Counted from the stretch's first letter, positions 19,287 through 29,799 are shown. The stretch: 64,000 nt of DNA from Micavibrio sp. (GCA_020718105.1 DYDA01000009.1:2783-66782); one strand, 5' to 3'. The notes: generated by a model not told the origin, from the sequence alone. Translations and numbers: made by a program.

Positions 19287-19991
19287 TTGAAGCAACAAGA
19301 CTTGTTGTGTTGCAATCAATGTATGATAAAGGCAAACAAACTCATCGCTCTTTTTGGTGGTTCTTTTAACCCCGCTACGCGCCGTCATCGCGCCATTGGG
19401 CAGCGTTTGCTTGAGCAATTGCCGATTGAGCAGGTGTGGTATCTGGTTTCTCCTCAAAATCCATTTAAATCAACGCAAGGCATGGCCCGTTTTGAGGATC
19501 GCGTAGCTATGTTGCGTCTGAATGTGGAAGATGAGCCTCGATTTGTCGTGCAAACAATTGAGGCTCGTTATGCGCAAGAGTGCGGGCAGGTTGCGATCAA
19601 TTCCTCAATATCGTTGCGTTGCCTTGTGCGAGATTTTCCAGATCATCGTTTCTTATGGGTTGTGGGCGCCGATAATTTTGTTCAGATGCACACGTGGTCT
19701 GGTTATCGGGATATTATAGCAAAACATCCTGTCATCGTTGTTCCTCGCGAAGGTTATGATGGAAAGATTGAGGACTGCCCCTCGGCAAAAGAAATGGTAG
19801 CGTTGCATCATATCGATAAAACGCAAATGTCTTTGGGGTGGTTTTTGTTGAAAATGGAGCCCAGCGGCATTAATGCGACGGCTTGTCGCAAAGAGCTGCG
19901 CGCTGAAAAAGAACCACTTTCTATGCGGCCTGCCGTCGTGCGTTATGCTCTTTCCAGGGCTCTTTATAGAAAAACAAGGACACCAATCTGA
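19287..19991 (+). CDS. nadD: Nicotinate-nucleotide adenylyltransferase (start could be ATG 19323)
   Basis: LFGGSFNPATRRH, WYLVSPQNPFK, WVVGADN. Confidence 0.85.
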   Translation: MKQQDLLCCNQCMIKANKLIALFGGSFNPATRRHRAIGQRLLEQLPIEQVWYLVSPQNPFKSTQGMARFEDRVAMLRLNVEDEPRFVVQTIEARYAQECGQVAINSSISLRCLVRDFPDHRFLWVVGADNFVQMHTWSGYRDIIAKHPVIVVPREGYDGKIEDCPSAKEMVALHHIDKTQMSLGWFLLKMEPSGINATACRKELRAEKEPLSMRPAVVRYALSRALYRKTRTPI

Positions 19992-20031
19992 GATTCAACA
20001 AACAACAATCAAGAGAAAGGGATACAAGAGC

Positions 20032-21759
20032 ATGAAACAAACCTTAATTCCCGCTTATGAAAACGATATCGTTCGCAAAGGATATCAATCCTACATCAAA
20101 AACATCGGCCCTCTTGCGTGTGACCGCTATGCCTTGACCATGACCTATGCCGCATGGAAGCTTGGCTTTGTTGAGGAAAGAAAGACAACATCCAACGTCT
20201 TTTGCCGAAGCCTTTTGAATAACGGCGAAACCTATAAAGACGGGGAATCGGATGATGTGAAGCAGGTCAAGATCCCGTATCTGATTAATGCGGGGCTTGG
20301 CTTGGTTGCCGAATGGTATAGTGGGTGGACGTGGAAGCGTGATGATCTTCACCATTTAGCGCAGCAGAGTGTTGATGATGGGCGTGGCAACGCTATCCGC
20401 CTTTTCCCTAATGAATTTTTATATTGGTTGTCCAAGCAGAAATTGACGCTGGATATAAACGCAATTCCTGAAGGGCAATTGCTTTTTCCACAAGAGCCGT
20501 CTATGCGTCTTACAGGGCCTTGGTGGCAGCAAATGCTGGTGGAGGCTTCGACGCTAGAGCTGATTTCTTCCAGCACCAATCTGGCGACCGTGGCAACGCA
20601 GGTGCGTCTTGCTGCACAACGCGAAGCACGTAACGAAGGAACCTCGTTGGTTGAGGTCTCGGCCAAGGAGTCGGCGACGCTGGCCGAAATGGCTCTTCGA
20701 CGCTCGCCCAGTATCGGCGCCCTTCAGTCGGCACGCGCGGCGGCTATTGCTGGCTGGAACAGCACGTCAAACGATTATGCCTCGAAGTGTTACGGTATTC
20801 CGGCGATGGGCACGTTTGCCCATGCGTGGGTGATGCTGCACGATACTGAAGAAGAGGCTTTTGAAAACTGGGCAAAGGTTTTTCCAGGCGCAACCATCTT
20901 TCTAGCAGACACCTATAATACTGTTGAGGGTGTCAAAACAGCCATTCGCGTTTGCAAAAAACATGGGTTGAAACTGAAGGGCATTCGTTTGGATTCTGGC
21001 AATTTGGCTTATTTGTCGCGTGAGGCGCATGTGCTTTTGAAAGAAGCTGGTTTTGGGGAGGCCAAGATCCTTGCGACTGACAGTATTTCGGTTAAGGCGG
21101 CGGCGAGTCTCTTCGGGCAGGTTGCTACAGAAGTCACTCAACGCGACAGCTATGTTGACGTTTTTGGTATAGGCTCAACGGTTGCTGTTAATCGCGATAA
21201 TCCACTGCACGATTTTGTGTTGAAATTAGCAGCGCGTCATGACATTCCCGATGGTAAAGAGGAAATGATCCGCGCTTTGATCAAGCTATCGGAAAACGAA
21301 AAGAAAACAACTCTTCCGGGCATGATAGACGTGATCCGTTATGTTGATAAGGATGGCAAGTGGGCGGGGGATACGATTATTCCAGCTGATCTTGCTCTTG
21401 GCACAGGCAGACTGGCGCGCACCGTGTATTCCGAGTCGATGCAAACAGGTCGTGTTGTTGCCTTTCCTGCTGGCGCTCGTTTTGAGCGTTTGCTAAAGCC
21501 GTGGATGAAGGCGGGCAAGATGGTGGATGAGAGCTATAAAAGACAGGATGCCGCTGCCATTTTGTGTCAGAGTCGTGCTACGTGCGCCAAGGCGCTTTCG
21601 ATGTTTGATCGTGATCATCTGTTGATCCCGCCTTATATGCCGCATTCCTATGGCGTCGGTTTGGCCGAAGAGCTTTCCAACGCAAGAAGGCAACTTGTCA
21701 TGCACATCGCGGCCGATAGAAATCTGGAAAGGCAAAAACGGCGTTTTGATTTACAATAA
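20032..21759 (+). CDS. pncB: Nicotinate phosphoribosyltransferase
   Basis: DRYALTM, GIPAMGTFAHAW, ADTY, GIRLDSG, KTTLPG. Confidence 0.88.
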   Translation: MKQTLIPAYENDIVRKGYQSYIKNIGPLACDRYALTMTYAAWKLGFVEERKTTSNVFCRSLLNNGETYKDGESDDVKQVKIPYLINAGLGLVAEWYSGWTWKRDDLHHLAQQSVDDGRGNAIRLFPNEFLYWLSKQKLTLDINAIPEGQLLFPQEPSMRLTGPWWQQMLVEASTLELISSSTNLATVATQVRLAAQREARNEGTSLVEVSAKESATLAEMALRRSPSIGALQSARAAAIAGWNSTSNDYASKCYGIPAMGTFAHAWVMLHDTEEEAFENWAKVFPGATIFLADTYNTVEGVKTAIRVCKKHGLKLKGIRLDSGNLAYLSREAHVLLKEAGFGEAKILATDSISVKAAASLFGQVATEVTQRDSYVDVFGIGSTVAVNRDNPLHDFVLKLAARHDIPDGKEEMIRALIKLSENEKKTTLPGMIDVIRYVDKDGKWAGDTIIPADLALGTGRLARTVYSESMQTGRVVAFPAGARFERLLKPWMKAGKMVDESYKRQDAAAILCQSRATCAKALSMFDRDHLLIPPYMPHSYGVGLAEELSNARRQLVMHIAADRNLERQKRRFDLQ

Positions 21760-21787
21760 GAAAACAAAAGAAAAGGAGGGTTCTCTC

Positions 21788-22819
21788 ATGACCACAGCCA
21801 ACATCATCTTTCTGATCGATATCCAAAACGGGTTTGCGAAGAACAATTTGAATCATGAACAAGGTGGTAGTCTTTATGTGCCGGAGGGAGAAAAGGCAGG
21901 CGCTCCTGCCGCTCGTGTCATAACCTTGGCGCGTGATGCCATCATCGTGTTAAGCGCTGATTTCCACCCCAATAACATCATCAGCGATATGACCAATCAT
22001 TCTGGCGTGATGGCGCTCAGGCAACAGCAGGCCTTAACCCTTGGCGTCGAAGAAGCCACCTTGCCGTTCACAAATGTTTATCTGAGAGAAGGGGCAAATG
22101 GCCAATACAAAGCCGTTGGCGTTATTGTGGACGATAAGGTTTTGGCTGTAGAAACCGATCAAGAGGGTTATGTGGTTAAGGTGCGTGACGATGAAGAACC
22201 TCTCTTGTCAACGGACATGGCGCAGACATTGTGGACGAAGCACTGTGTGCGGGGCACGCAAAGTGCTTTGTATGTTTCGGAAATTATGAACGCGTTACCG
22301 AAAGCGCTTGCCGATCGCATCTATCGGCATGATCTTGCGCCTACACTCGTTCATGTTGATGAGAAGAGTCAAAACACTTTTTATGTTATTCGTAAAGGGA
22401 TGCGTCGTGATGTTGATAGCAACGCGATTGCGGTTGAGAACAATCACAAGTCGTTTACCTCGGCGCTGGATGATTTTAAGGCCATTGCCAAGACGCTTCA
22501 CCAGCGTGGCGTGACGCAGGTGAACATTAGTCTTGGCGGGTTGGCGGGGAACATCTGTGCTGAACTATCTCACAATGATGTGTGCCATTATCTCGTTCCT
22601 CTTCTTCAAGAGAAAGGCATCAAAACGAACGTCGCCTTTATGACGGACATTAGCCCGAACATTCCTATCACGATTCCTGATGGTTCGTTTCCGGATGCTG
22701 CTCATTCGCTCATGCGCATGGCGACCTATGGCACCGAGAAAACGACAACGAAGGACGTCATTCGCTCGATGGTGTGCGGCGCTCAAAGGCGATACAAAAG
22801 AAATGAATTGCAGTTGTGA
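21788..22819 (+). CDS. pncA: Nicotinamidase (isochorismatase family) with insertions
   Basis: IDIQNGF, GGSLYVP, DFHP, WTKHCV, IRKG, GLAGNIC triad. Confidence 0.82.
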   Translation: MTTANIIFLIDIQNGFAKNNLNHEQGGSLYVPEGEKAGAPAARVITLARDAIIVLSADFHPNNIISDMTNHSGVMALRQQQALTLGVEEATLPFTNVYLREGANGQYKAVGVIVDDKVLAVETDQEGYVVKVRDDEEPLLSTDMAQTLWTKHCVRGTQSALYVSEIMNALPKALADRIYRHDLAPTLVHVDEKSQNTFYVIRKGMRRDVDSNAIAVENNHKSFTSALDDFKAIAKTLHQRGVTQVNISLGGLAGNICAELSHNDVCHYLVPLLQEKGIKTNVAFMTDISPNIPITIPDGSFPDAAHSLMRMATYGTEKTTTKDVIRSMVCGAQRRYKRNELQL

Positions 22820-22862
22820 AAGGGAAGGGGGGGCACTCCCCCCCCTTTTAAAGGGCTGAGGA

Positions 22863-25499
22863 ATGCCAGAGAAAAGGGTGCAACGGATTAAAATTGCTTC
22901 AGTTAGTCTTAATCAGACGGTCTATGATTGGGCCAGAAACGTGCGTCATATCCTAAGCGCCATTGATCGGGCTGCCGCAGATCAAGCGGATATTTTATCA
23001 ACGGAAGAGCTTTCCCTTGTGGGCTATCCCGCCGATGATTATCATCAGTGGAACAAAAATAATGATCTGACGTGGGATGCGTTAGCCTATCTTGCCGCTT
23101 ATGCGGCAGAAAAAGCCCCTAACCTTGTCGTGACGGTTGGGGCTCCGTGGCATTACGCCGATAAAAGAAAGCTAACCTGTGATCCCGAATACAATATCGA
23201 TAATCGCCCTTTTAACGTGCATGCCGTTTTAACGGGGGGGCGCGTTGTGGCCATGGCGGCCAAATCTATTTTAGCCGATGGCGCCGCAGAATACGAGCCT
23301 CGGCAATTTACGAATTGGCCTGCATTCAAGGGAACGGTTCAGATAACACTGCCTGATGATTCTATCATACCTTTTGGCAAGCCTGTCATAGCGTTGGGAA
23401 CAGGGCAAAATTTCCTCACGCTTGCTTATGAAATATGCGCAGAAGGTTGGCTTGGGCTGCGTAATGATTTAAGCATCAATCAGCGTGAACAGAACGAAGC
23501 GAGGACTCTTGTACGGCTTGCCTTAACGCATGACATTTCTGTTGTGCTTAATCCCAGCGCTAGCAAGCCAGAGCCAGCGATTAATAAAGAAAAGATTAGG
23601 GGGGAAGGGGTGTGTGTTTCCGGTTCTCGCTATTGTGGGGCTTATGTTTACACCAATTATCTGGGTTCGGCGTCAGGGACTTATGCGGCGGAAGGTAGCC
23701 AACTTTTTGTGCAAGGCGAAAAAATCATTCACCATGGTTATCGTTACTCGTTTCAGGATGTTTCATACAGCAGCGCGGTCGTGACTCTTCCCGTGGCGAT
23801 GCGGGGGCAGCCCGATGCTGTTATCGCGCATGATTTTGCCGATTGTCCTATGCCCATGCGGGCAGGGCAGGAAGCTCCCTTCGATGCCGCTTATGCCGAT
23901 GGCAAGATTGATGGTGAGCAGCTTGTCTATGAAGAATATATGCGCTCTATCGCGCTTTGGCTGCGTGACTATTTAGCGAAACAAAACCATGGGGCTCAAG
24001 GGTATGTTGTGTCATTGTCGGGTGGTAAAGATTCTGGTTACGGAGCGTTAGCTGTCTCGATGATGGTCGATTTGGATGTTCAGGAAAATGGGGTTGATGG
24101 TTTTTTTAAGCGGTTTGCGCATCTTGCGTATAAAGACGAAGTGCTGAAAATCTATGCCGAAAAGGGAGAGGCTGAGGCCGTTCGTTCTATAAAAAAGAAC
24201 CTGCTCACTTGCGTTTATATCAAGGTGGACAACAGTTCACAGGAAACCTTGTATGCTGCGCGTTTTTTGGCTGAGGGCGGGAGGCTGTCGGACGGACGCT
24301 TGGCGCAAGGGCTTGGCGGCAAGTTTTTCGTTGTGTCTGCGCAGGCTGCGTTGAATGAAACAACCATGGCTTTTTCTGGCCTCAATCTGGATCATGTTGT
24401 TCGTGAAAATCTTGAAGAGATTTTGGGCGATCGGAAATATGTCGGATTGACGGATCTGGAACGTTTTGATCTTGCGCGTGCCAAAGGGCTTCGGCAAATC
24501 AAGGCTTATGTTGAAGCTGTGCCATGCACCGTTCCCGCGTTGCCGGATTATATCCATCGCGCTTGTGTTAATCCGTTGACGACGTGGGCTCGGGCGGCCG
24601 ATGATATTACGCTTCAAAATGTTCAAGCGCGTGTGCGCCTTCCCATTCCGTGGGCGATAGCCAATCAAGAACGTAAGATGGCGCTTGCAACCTCTAATGA
24701 ATCCGAAGCTGTGCATAGCTATACAACGGCGGGAGGCGACATGCATATGGGGGGCTCGAATCCCATCGGGGGTGTGCCCAAACATGTGATTGTGGAGTCC
24801 TTAAAGTATTTTGAGCAGCGCGGAATGGTTGGCTTCGCCCCTGTTTCTGCCTTGCATTGGATTAATGAGCAGCAGCCTACTGCCGAATTGCGCCGAAGGG
24901 TGGCGGGAGCGCCACAACAAACGGATGAAGCCGACTTGGGGTTTACTTATGAACAATCGCACTTCATTGAAGAAAAGTTGATTGTCGAACGGCAAACGCC
25001 TGCCGTTGTTTTAAGTCAAATGCGGGGGCATCCTTTGTTCGGCGATGATCTTGCCGCTTCTCGCGGTATTGTGCTGGGTTTTGTGCGTCGTTGGGAGTCC
25101 GGTCAGTTTAAGCGGATTATGGCGCCTTTAGCACCGCATGTGGGCAGCAATGTGGATCCGCATCAAGCTGTGCGCACAACAGTTCTGGGCGACCATTTTC
25201 GTACGGGTGTGGCGCATATGACGCTTGATCTTATGGCTGATAAAACCAATCATCAGACCGCGTTTCGTGATAAATATGGTATGTCTCTGGCGCAGGCCAA
25301 AGTCGCCGCTATGATTAATCCTGACTTTAAGAAAGCGCTGTGCACGCTGTCTTTGGATGAATTGATGCAACCAGCCTTATGGAAGGTCTTTGAGAAAAGG
25401 AACCAATCGGTTTTGTGCCATGTCGCACCGAACCGCCCTTTGAAAAACAAGAGCGCTTTGAAGGCTATCGTTTTTAAACCTAATGAAGGAGGCGCATGA
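22863..25499 (+). CDS. nadE: Glutamine-dependent NAD+ synthetase, enlarged
   Basis: Nitrilase E-K-C (EELSLVGY, AKSIL, EICAE), LSGGKDS, QNVQARVR, PTAEL, QTDEADLG. Confidence 0.9.
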   Translation: MPEKRVQRIKIASVSLNQTVYDWARNVRHILSAIDRAAADQADILSTEELSLVGYPADDYHQWNKNNDLTWDALAYLAAYAAEKAPNLVVTVGAPWHYADKRKLTCDPEYNIDNRPFNVHAVLTGGRVVAMAAKSILADGAAEYEPRQFTNWPAFKGTVQITLPDDSIIPFGKPVIALGTGQNFLTLAYEICAEGWLGLRNDLSINQREQNEARTLVRLALTHDISVVLNPSASKPEPAINKEKIRGEGVCVSGSRYCGAYVYTNYLGSASGTYAAEGSQLFVQGEKIIHHGYRYSFQDVSYSSAVVTLPVAMRGQPDAVIAHDFADCPMPMRAGQEAPFDAAYADGKIDGEQLVYEEYMRSIALWLRDYLAKQNHGAQGYVVSLSGGKDSGYGALAVSMMVDLDVQENGVDGFFKRFAHLAYKDEVLKIYAEKGEAEAVRSIKKNLLTCVYIKVDNSSQETLYAARFLAEGGRLSDGRLAQGLGGKFFVVSAQAALNETTMAFSGLNLDHVVRENLEEILGDRKYVGLTDLERFDLARAKGLRQIKAYVEAVPCTVPALPDYIHRACVNPLTTWARAADDITLQNVQARVRLPIPWAIANQERKMALATSNESEAVHSYTTAGGDMHMGGSNPIGGVPKHVIVESLKYFEQRGMVGFAPVSALHWINEQQPTAELRRRVAGAPQQTDEADLGFTYEQSHFIEEKLIVERQTPAVVLSQMRGHPLFGDDLAASRGIVLGFVRRWESGQFKRIMAPLAPHVGSNVDPHQAVRTTVLGDHFRTGVAHMTLDLMADKTNHQTAFRDKYGMSLAQAKVAAMINPDFKKALCTLSLDELMQPALWKVFEKRNQSVLCHVAPNRPLKNKSALKAIVFKPNEGGA

Positions 25500-26278
25500 T
25501 GAAACCCTATTTTCAAGCATCAGACTCCCTCAGCGCTCAAATCGCTTTTAAAGAGTTTACGCGTCGTTATGGCCAAGCCATGTCTCCTTTGGAGGCGGAT
25601 ATTGTTGTGTCCTTGGGGGGGGATGGACAGACGCTCATCTCACTTCAAGACGCCATTCGTTTTAAGAAGCCTGTCTTTGGCATCAACTTTGGCCATATGG
25701 GGCATTTGCAAAACCTTCACAAAGAATATGATGGATTGATAGAGCGTATCAACGCGGCGGTAACCCTTGTTCTGTGTCCTTTGCGTATCGAGGTTTCGTT
25801 TATGAATGGTTCCATACGGAATGATTTTGCCGTGAATGAAGCCTTTATTTGCAATCATAGCCGCACGGCCACGACCCATTTGCGTGTTCTTTTGGATGAA
25901 AAAGAGTTTTTTTCTAAACTGTCTGGCGATGGGTTGATTGTTTCCACAACGGTGGGAAGCACAGGCTACAATAAGTCTGCGCATGGCCCCGTGTTGCCCC
26001 TTGATGACGATTTGTTTGTCCTTACGCCCAACAATCCACAGAGTCCGGAAAATAGTCGCCCCTGCGTTCTCAGGCCGCGTCCTGTTGAAGTGCAGGTTCT
26101 TGATCCTGTCTTTCGGCAGGCGGATGTTTATGTTGATAACCACAAGGTGGGAGAAGCGGCAAAAACCATCAAGCTTGTTTTAGATAATGCAAATGCCTAT
26201 GAGTTGCTGTTTGATCCGGGGCAAACGTTGCATGAGAAAATCATGCGGACACAGCTTCTTGCATCAAAATTGGGTTGA
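25496..26278 (+). CDS. nadK: NAD kinase
   Basis: LGGDG, AVNE, GDGLIVSTTVGSTGYNKSAHGP. Confidence 0.9.
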   Translation: MMKPYFQASDSLSAQIAFKEFTRRYGQAMSPLEADIVVSLGGDGQTLISLQDAIRFKKPVFGINFGHMGHLQNLHKEYDGLIERINAAVTLVLCPLRIEVSFMNGSIRNDFAVNEAFICNHSRTATTHLRVLLDEKEFFSKLSGDGLIVSTTVGSTGYNKSAHGPVLPLDDDLFVLTPNNPQSPENSRPCVLRPRPVEVQVLDPVFRQADVYVDNHKVGEAAKTIKLVLDNANAYELLFDPGQTLHEKIMRTQLLASKLG

Positions 26279-26308
26279 AGGCAGAAGAAGAGGGTTCATA
26301 TTGAAAAT

Positions 26309-26401
26309 TGGCGGAGACAGAGGGATTCGAACCCTCGATACAGGTATACCCCGTATAACGGTTTAGCAAACCGTCGCCTTCAGCCTCTCGGCCATGTCTC
26401 C
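26309..26401 (-). tRNA. tRNA-Ser(GCT)
   Basis: GGAGACATGGCCGAGAGGCTGAAGG..ACGGT-TTGCTAA-ACCGT, long variable arm, GGTTCGAATCC, 3' CCA. Confidence 0.96.
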
Positions 26402-26438
26402 GCATCTCGTGTCCTTCAGGGGCTAAGGCTGAAGGTCT

Positions 26439-26491
26439 TATTGTTTTGCTCGCCTACGCGAGCGGTATTGTTTTGCTCGCCTACGGCGAGC
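26439..26491. repeat. Tandem 27-bp duplication with hairpins upstream of tRNA-Ser
   Basis: TATTGTTTTGCTCGCCTACG twice; each continues into a GCTCGC..GCGAGC stem. Confidence 0.75.
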
Positions 26492-26604
26492 TTTTCCCGC
26501 TCTGTAGCGAGAAGGGTTGTGTATACCGCGCTTTTTTGTGTTTTAAAACAAAAAAAGGTGCTCTAAAAAGGTTCTTTTTCGTGCGTTCTGAGGCTGTTTT
26601 GACC

Positions 26605-29169
26605 TTAAAGCGTACTTGTTTTCTTGCCCATGGCATTAATCAGCGAAGTGATGAGCGCCGCCCAATAGGGCAGGGTTTGAACCAGCAACATTCCCGACCA
26701 AAGAACGGCGTTTTGATTGGACGTCTCGAACTTATAAAGAATCGAGAAGGCCGCGATTAAGAGGGCGAGCAAAAGGCCGATTTCTTCTTGTGCCATTAGA
26801 AAGGCTTGCGTAGCGGCTGGCTTATCATCGCATTTGGGGGTGCGGATAAAGGGCTTGCCTGATGTGAACAAGCCTTGCCAGACCGCGCGTCCCACGGCGT
26901 GGGTGAGGGCCATGCCCGCCAGTGCCGCGCCAAGGCGATCCCGCCAGCCGCACTTGACGCGCACATGATAAAGCCACAAGCCTGCGACGACTTTGAAGAC
27001 AAAGACGCTAAGCGTTGGAATCAGAAAAACGGCGGGGGGAAACTCCACCCATTTCAGGAGGAGAAGAATCGACCAGAAAACGGCCGCCGCGACAAAGACC
27101 ATATGCGCGGCATCGGCAAACCATGGAAGCCAGCCCGATACAAAATGATAGCGTTGCCCCGATGTCAGCCTTGCGCCGTCCAGCCCTTTTTCTTCGCTGA
27201 GCGCGCGCCAGTGGCGCTTGAGAATTTGCACCGCGCCATAGGCCCAGCGGAAGCGTTGCGTTTTATAGCCGCCGAAACTGTCAGGGATCAGGCCGCGTCC
27301 AAGCGAGTGTTCAAGATACACGGCCTCATAGCCTTTTTCGAAGAGGCGTAAGCCAAGTTCGGCATCCTCACAAATGCACCACTCCGCCCAGCCTTTAACG
27401 CTGCTGAGCAGATCGCGGCGGATCAGTGTCATCGTGCCGTGTTGGATGATCGCATTGCGTTCATTGCGTTGAACCATGCCGATGTGGAAAAAGCCTGCGT
27501 ACTCCCAATAGCAAAGCCGTTTAAAGAGGCTTTCGCTGGCGTCGCGGTAATCTTGTGGCGCTTGCACAATGGCGACTTCGGGTTTGTCAAAGTAGGGGAT
27601 GGTTGCCCGAAGCCAGTCGGCAGAGACGATGTAATCGCTATCGATGACGCCGACGATGGCGGCATCCTTGGCCGTTTGGGTAAGGGCGAAGTTGAGCGCC
27701 CCCGCCTTAAAGCCCGGCCATTGGGGAAGATGGAAAAAGCGAAAACGAGGCCCCAGTTTGGCACAGTGGTCTTGCAAAGGTTTCCAAACTTCTTCGTCTT
27801 TGGTGTTGTTGTCTATGACAAGAACTTCAAAATTAGGATAGGCCAGATCAGCCAGAGCATTCAGCGTTTCAATGACCATTTGCGGCGGCTCGTTATAACA
27901 CGGCACATGGATGGATACTTTGGGCGCGTTCTTGGCGGGCTCTTGGTCAATCGGTGGGAAGGCGCGTTTGCGGTTGGCCCACATGACCTCGGTCAGCTCT
28001 AGCCCGTCCACCAGCAAAAGCGCCAGCAAGACAATTTGAAAACCGATCAAGACAATCCACGCGATGGTGTTGGCGTTGATGATTTTCTCAGCCATTGCGA
28101 CCATGATCGCCCAAATTAAAAGAGAGGCGACGGCTTGGATAAGGGCGGCATAAAACACTTGGCCTGCAAATTTTAAATCTTGCCGTTTGCGCACAAACCA
28201 TTGGATGGGGAACAGAGCCAAAAGCGAAGCGACAAGGCAGCCCCAAAACCAGTGAATGGATTCGCGAACAATGCCGCTCATCGTAAATTTGACGTTGCGA
28301 TCAGCGTCCCAAAGTCCCCAATGCGCGCCGACGGTTCCTTCGATCCCGCGCTTCCACGGCGCATCGATGGATTCAACGATGGAATAATCAAGCCGCGCTT
28401 CACTCGCATAGATTAAAAATTCACGGATGAATTTTGCTTGGTTGATTTGTGAGGGTTCTGCGCCTTTGATCCATTGCCCTTCGCTGGGCCAACCGACTTC
28501 GCCCAGAAGGATGTGCTTATCAGGAAAAGCGGCTTGCAGTTGATCCATGCGATACTTGACATAGGGCAGGGCACCCAAAATATCGACGCCTTCCCAATAA
28601 GGAAGGATGTGAACCGTGATGAAGTCCACAGCGCGGGCCAGTTCCGGATGATCCAGCCAAACATGCCAAGGTTCAGCCGTTGTAACGGGAATATCAATCT
28701 CGCGTTTGACGCGCTCGATATAGGCCACGAGCGCCTCAACAGTTGTGTCGGCGCGCAAGATCGTTTCATTGCCGACGATGGCGCGTTTGATGTTGCTGTG
28801 TTCTTTGGCCAGCCGGATCAGGCGTTCGATTTCCGCCACGTTATCTTTATCGTTAGGCGATATCCACGCGCCCGCAAAAACACTCAGTTTATTTTTTTTT
28901 GCCAGAGGGATGATGCGGTCAAGGCCATCACTAAGGCCATAAAGGCGAATGGCTTCGGCTTGACCTGCAATAAGGCTCATGTCTGTGATGATTTGCTCAT
29001 CGCTGAGGCGGCTGGAGTCGTTGCCTGCTTGCCAAGCGCTATAGGACAGGCTGTTGATTTTGCCGCCCCACGGTTTTTGCCATGCCCCCTGGTTGACAAG
29101 TGCCCAAACAGACAGATTGCCTGTCAGGACAATAAGAAGAACAAGAAGCGTGTGTTGAATTGTTCTCAT
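26605..29169 (-). CDS. ndvB: GH17-GT2 fusion, NdvB-like periplasmic beta-glucan synthase
   Basis: VGNE and GEVGWPS (GH17); HVPCYNE, KAGALN, DSDY, CEDAE, QRFRW (GT2). Confidence 0.8.
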   Translation of the reverse strand: MRTIQHTLLVLLIVLTGNLSVWALVNQGAWQKPWGGKINSLSYSAWQAGNDSSRLSDEQIITDMSLIAGQAEAIRLYGLSDGLDRIIPLAKKNKLSVFAGAWISPNDKDNVAEIERLIRLAKEHSNIKRAIVGNETILRADTTVEALVAYIERVKREIDIPVTTAEPWHVWLDHPELARAVDFITVHILPYWEGVDILGALPYVKYRMDQLQAAFPDKHILLGEVGWPSEGQWIKGAEPSQINQAKFIREFLIYASEARLDYSIVESIDAPWKRGIEGTVGAHWGLWDADRNVKFTMSGIVRESIHWFWGCLVASLLALFPIQWFVRKRQDLKFAGQVFYAALIQAVASLLIWAIMVAMAEKIINANTIAWIVLIGFQIVLLALLLVDGLELTEVMWANRKRAFPPIDQEPAKNAPKVSIHVPCYNEPPQMVIETLNALADLAYPNFEVLVIDNNTKDEEVWKPLQDHCAKLGPRFRFFHLPQWPGFKAGALNFALTQTAKDAAIVGVIDSDYIVSADWLRATIPYFDKPEVAIVQAPQDYRDASESLFKRLCYWEYAGFFHIGMVQRNERNAIIQHGTMTLIRRDLLSSVKGWAEWCICEDAELGLRLFEKGYEAVYLEHSLGRGLIPDSFGGYKTQRFRWAYGAVQILKRHWRALSEEKGLDGARLTSGQRYHFVSGWLPWFADAAHMVFVAAAVFWSILLLLKWVEFPPAVFLIPTLSVFVFKVVAGLWLYHVRVKCGWRDRLGAALAGMALTHAVGRAVWQGLFTSGKPFIRTPKCDDKPAATQAFLMAQEEIGLLLALLIAAFSILYKFETSNQNAVLWSGMLLVQTLPYWAALITSLINAMGKKTSTL

Positions 29170-29175
29170 GGCGTT

Positions 29176-29799
29176 TTAGATTTTCTTGCTTTGCCTCATT
29201 TTTTCGGTCTTTTCGTCTAAGGAACGCAAAAGGGTCGGCATGCCTTCGCGCTTGATGATTGACGTAAAATCGGCGCGGCGCGTAGCGAGTTCACTGATTG
29301 AGGCATCAAGATAAACATCAACGATGCGCAAAGCGCCCGCTTCATCAGGCCGAAGAAGATAGTTGAGAATGACGGGAGTGCTGCCCTTGGGCGTTAATGT
29401 CGTTTCAACCATGATGCCGCCACCCGCTGCTGGTTTCTCGCCGCCGACTTTGAAGACTTCGCCATCGTATTTTGTAAAGCGGCTGGCGTAAGTTGCGATG
29501 GAAAAAGCGGAAAAAGAGCCTACCAGTTTTTCTTGTTCCTCGTGGCTGGCTTTCACCCAAGCGGCGCCGACAGCATAACGCGCCATAAGAGGCAGGTTGA
29601 ACGTGGCCGAGACGGCAGGCTCCAGCTTTTTATAACGTCCCTCAAAACCAAGCTCTGGGCCCTCTTGCATGGTTGTTTGAAGAGCATCGTAGAATTTCTG
29701 AACGATGGCGGCGGCAGGCGTTTCGGCTTGCGCGGGCGCGGCCAAAAAGAGAGTCGTAAGAAAAAAGGGAAGGGCAAGAAAGGTCGCAACGCGTTTCAT
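29176..29799 (-). CDS. MlaC/Ttg2D/HpnM-family periplasmic lipid-binding protein
   Basis: Signal peptide, FNLPLMARYAVG, IVDVYL..SISELATRRADF. Confidence 0.85.
   Translation of the reverse strand: MKRVATFLALPFFLTTLFLAAPAQAETPAAAIVQKFYDALQTTMQEGPELGFEGRYKKLEPAVSATFNLPLMARYAVGAAWVKASHEEQEKLVGSFSAFSIATYASRFTKYDGEVFKVGGEKPAAGGGIMVETTLTPKGSTPVILNYLLRPDEAGALRIVDVYLDASISELATRRADFTSIIKREGMPTLLRSLDEKTEKMRQSKKI

Noticed and set aside
11540-26308. tRNA-Ser-integrated genomic island
   Set aside because: No integrase and no duplicated tRNA 3' end found by eye
28892-28900. Phase-variable homopolymer in ndvB (also A9 at the end of cysS)
   Set aside because: Frames are intact and A/T runs are common throughout this sequence
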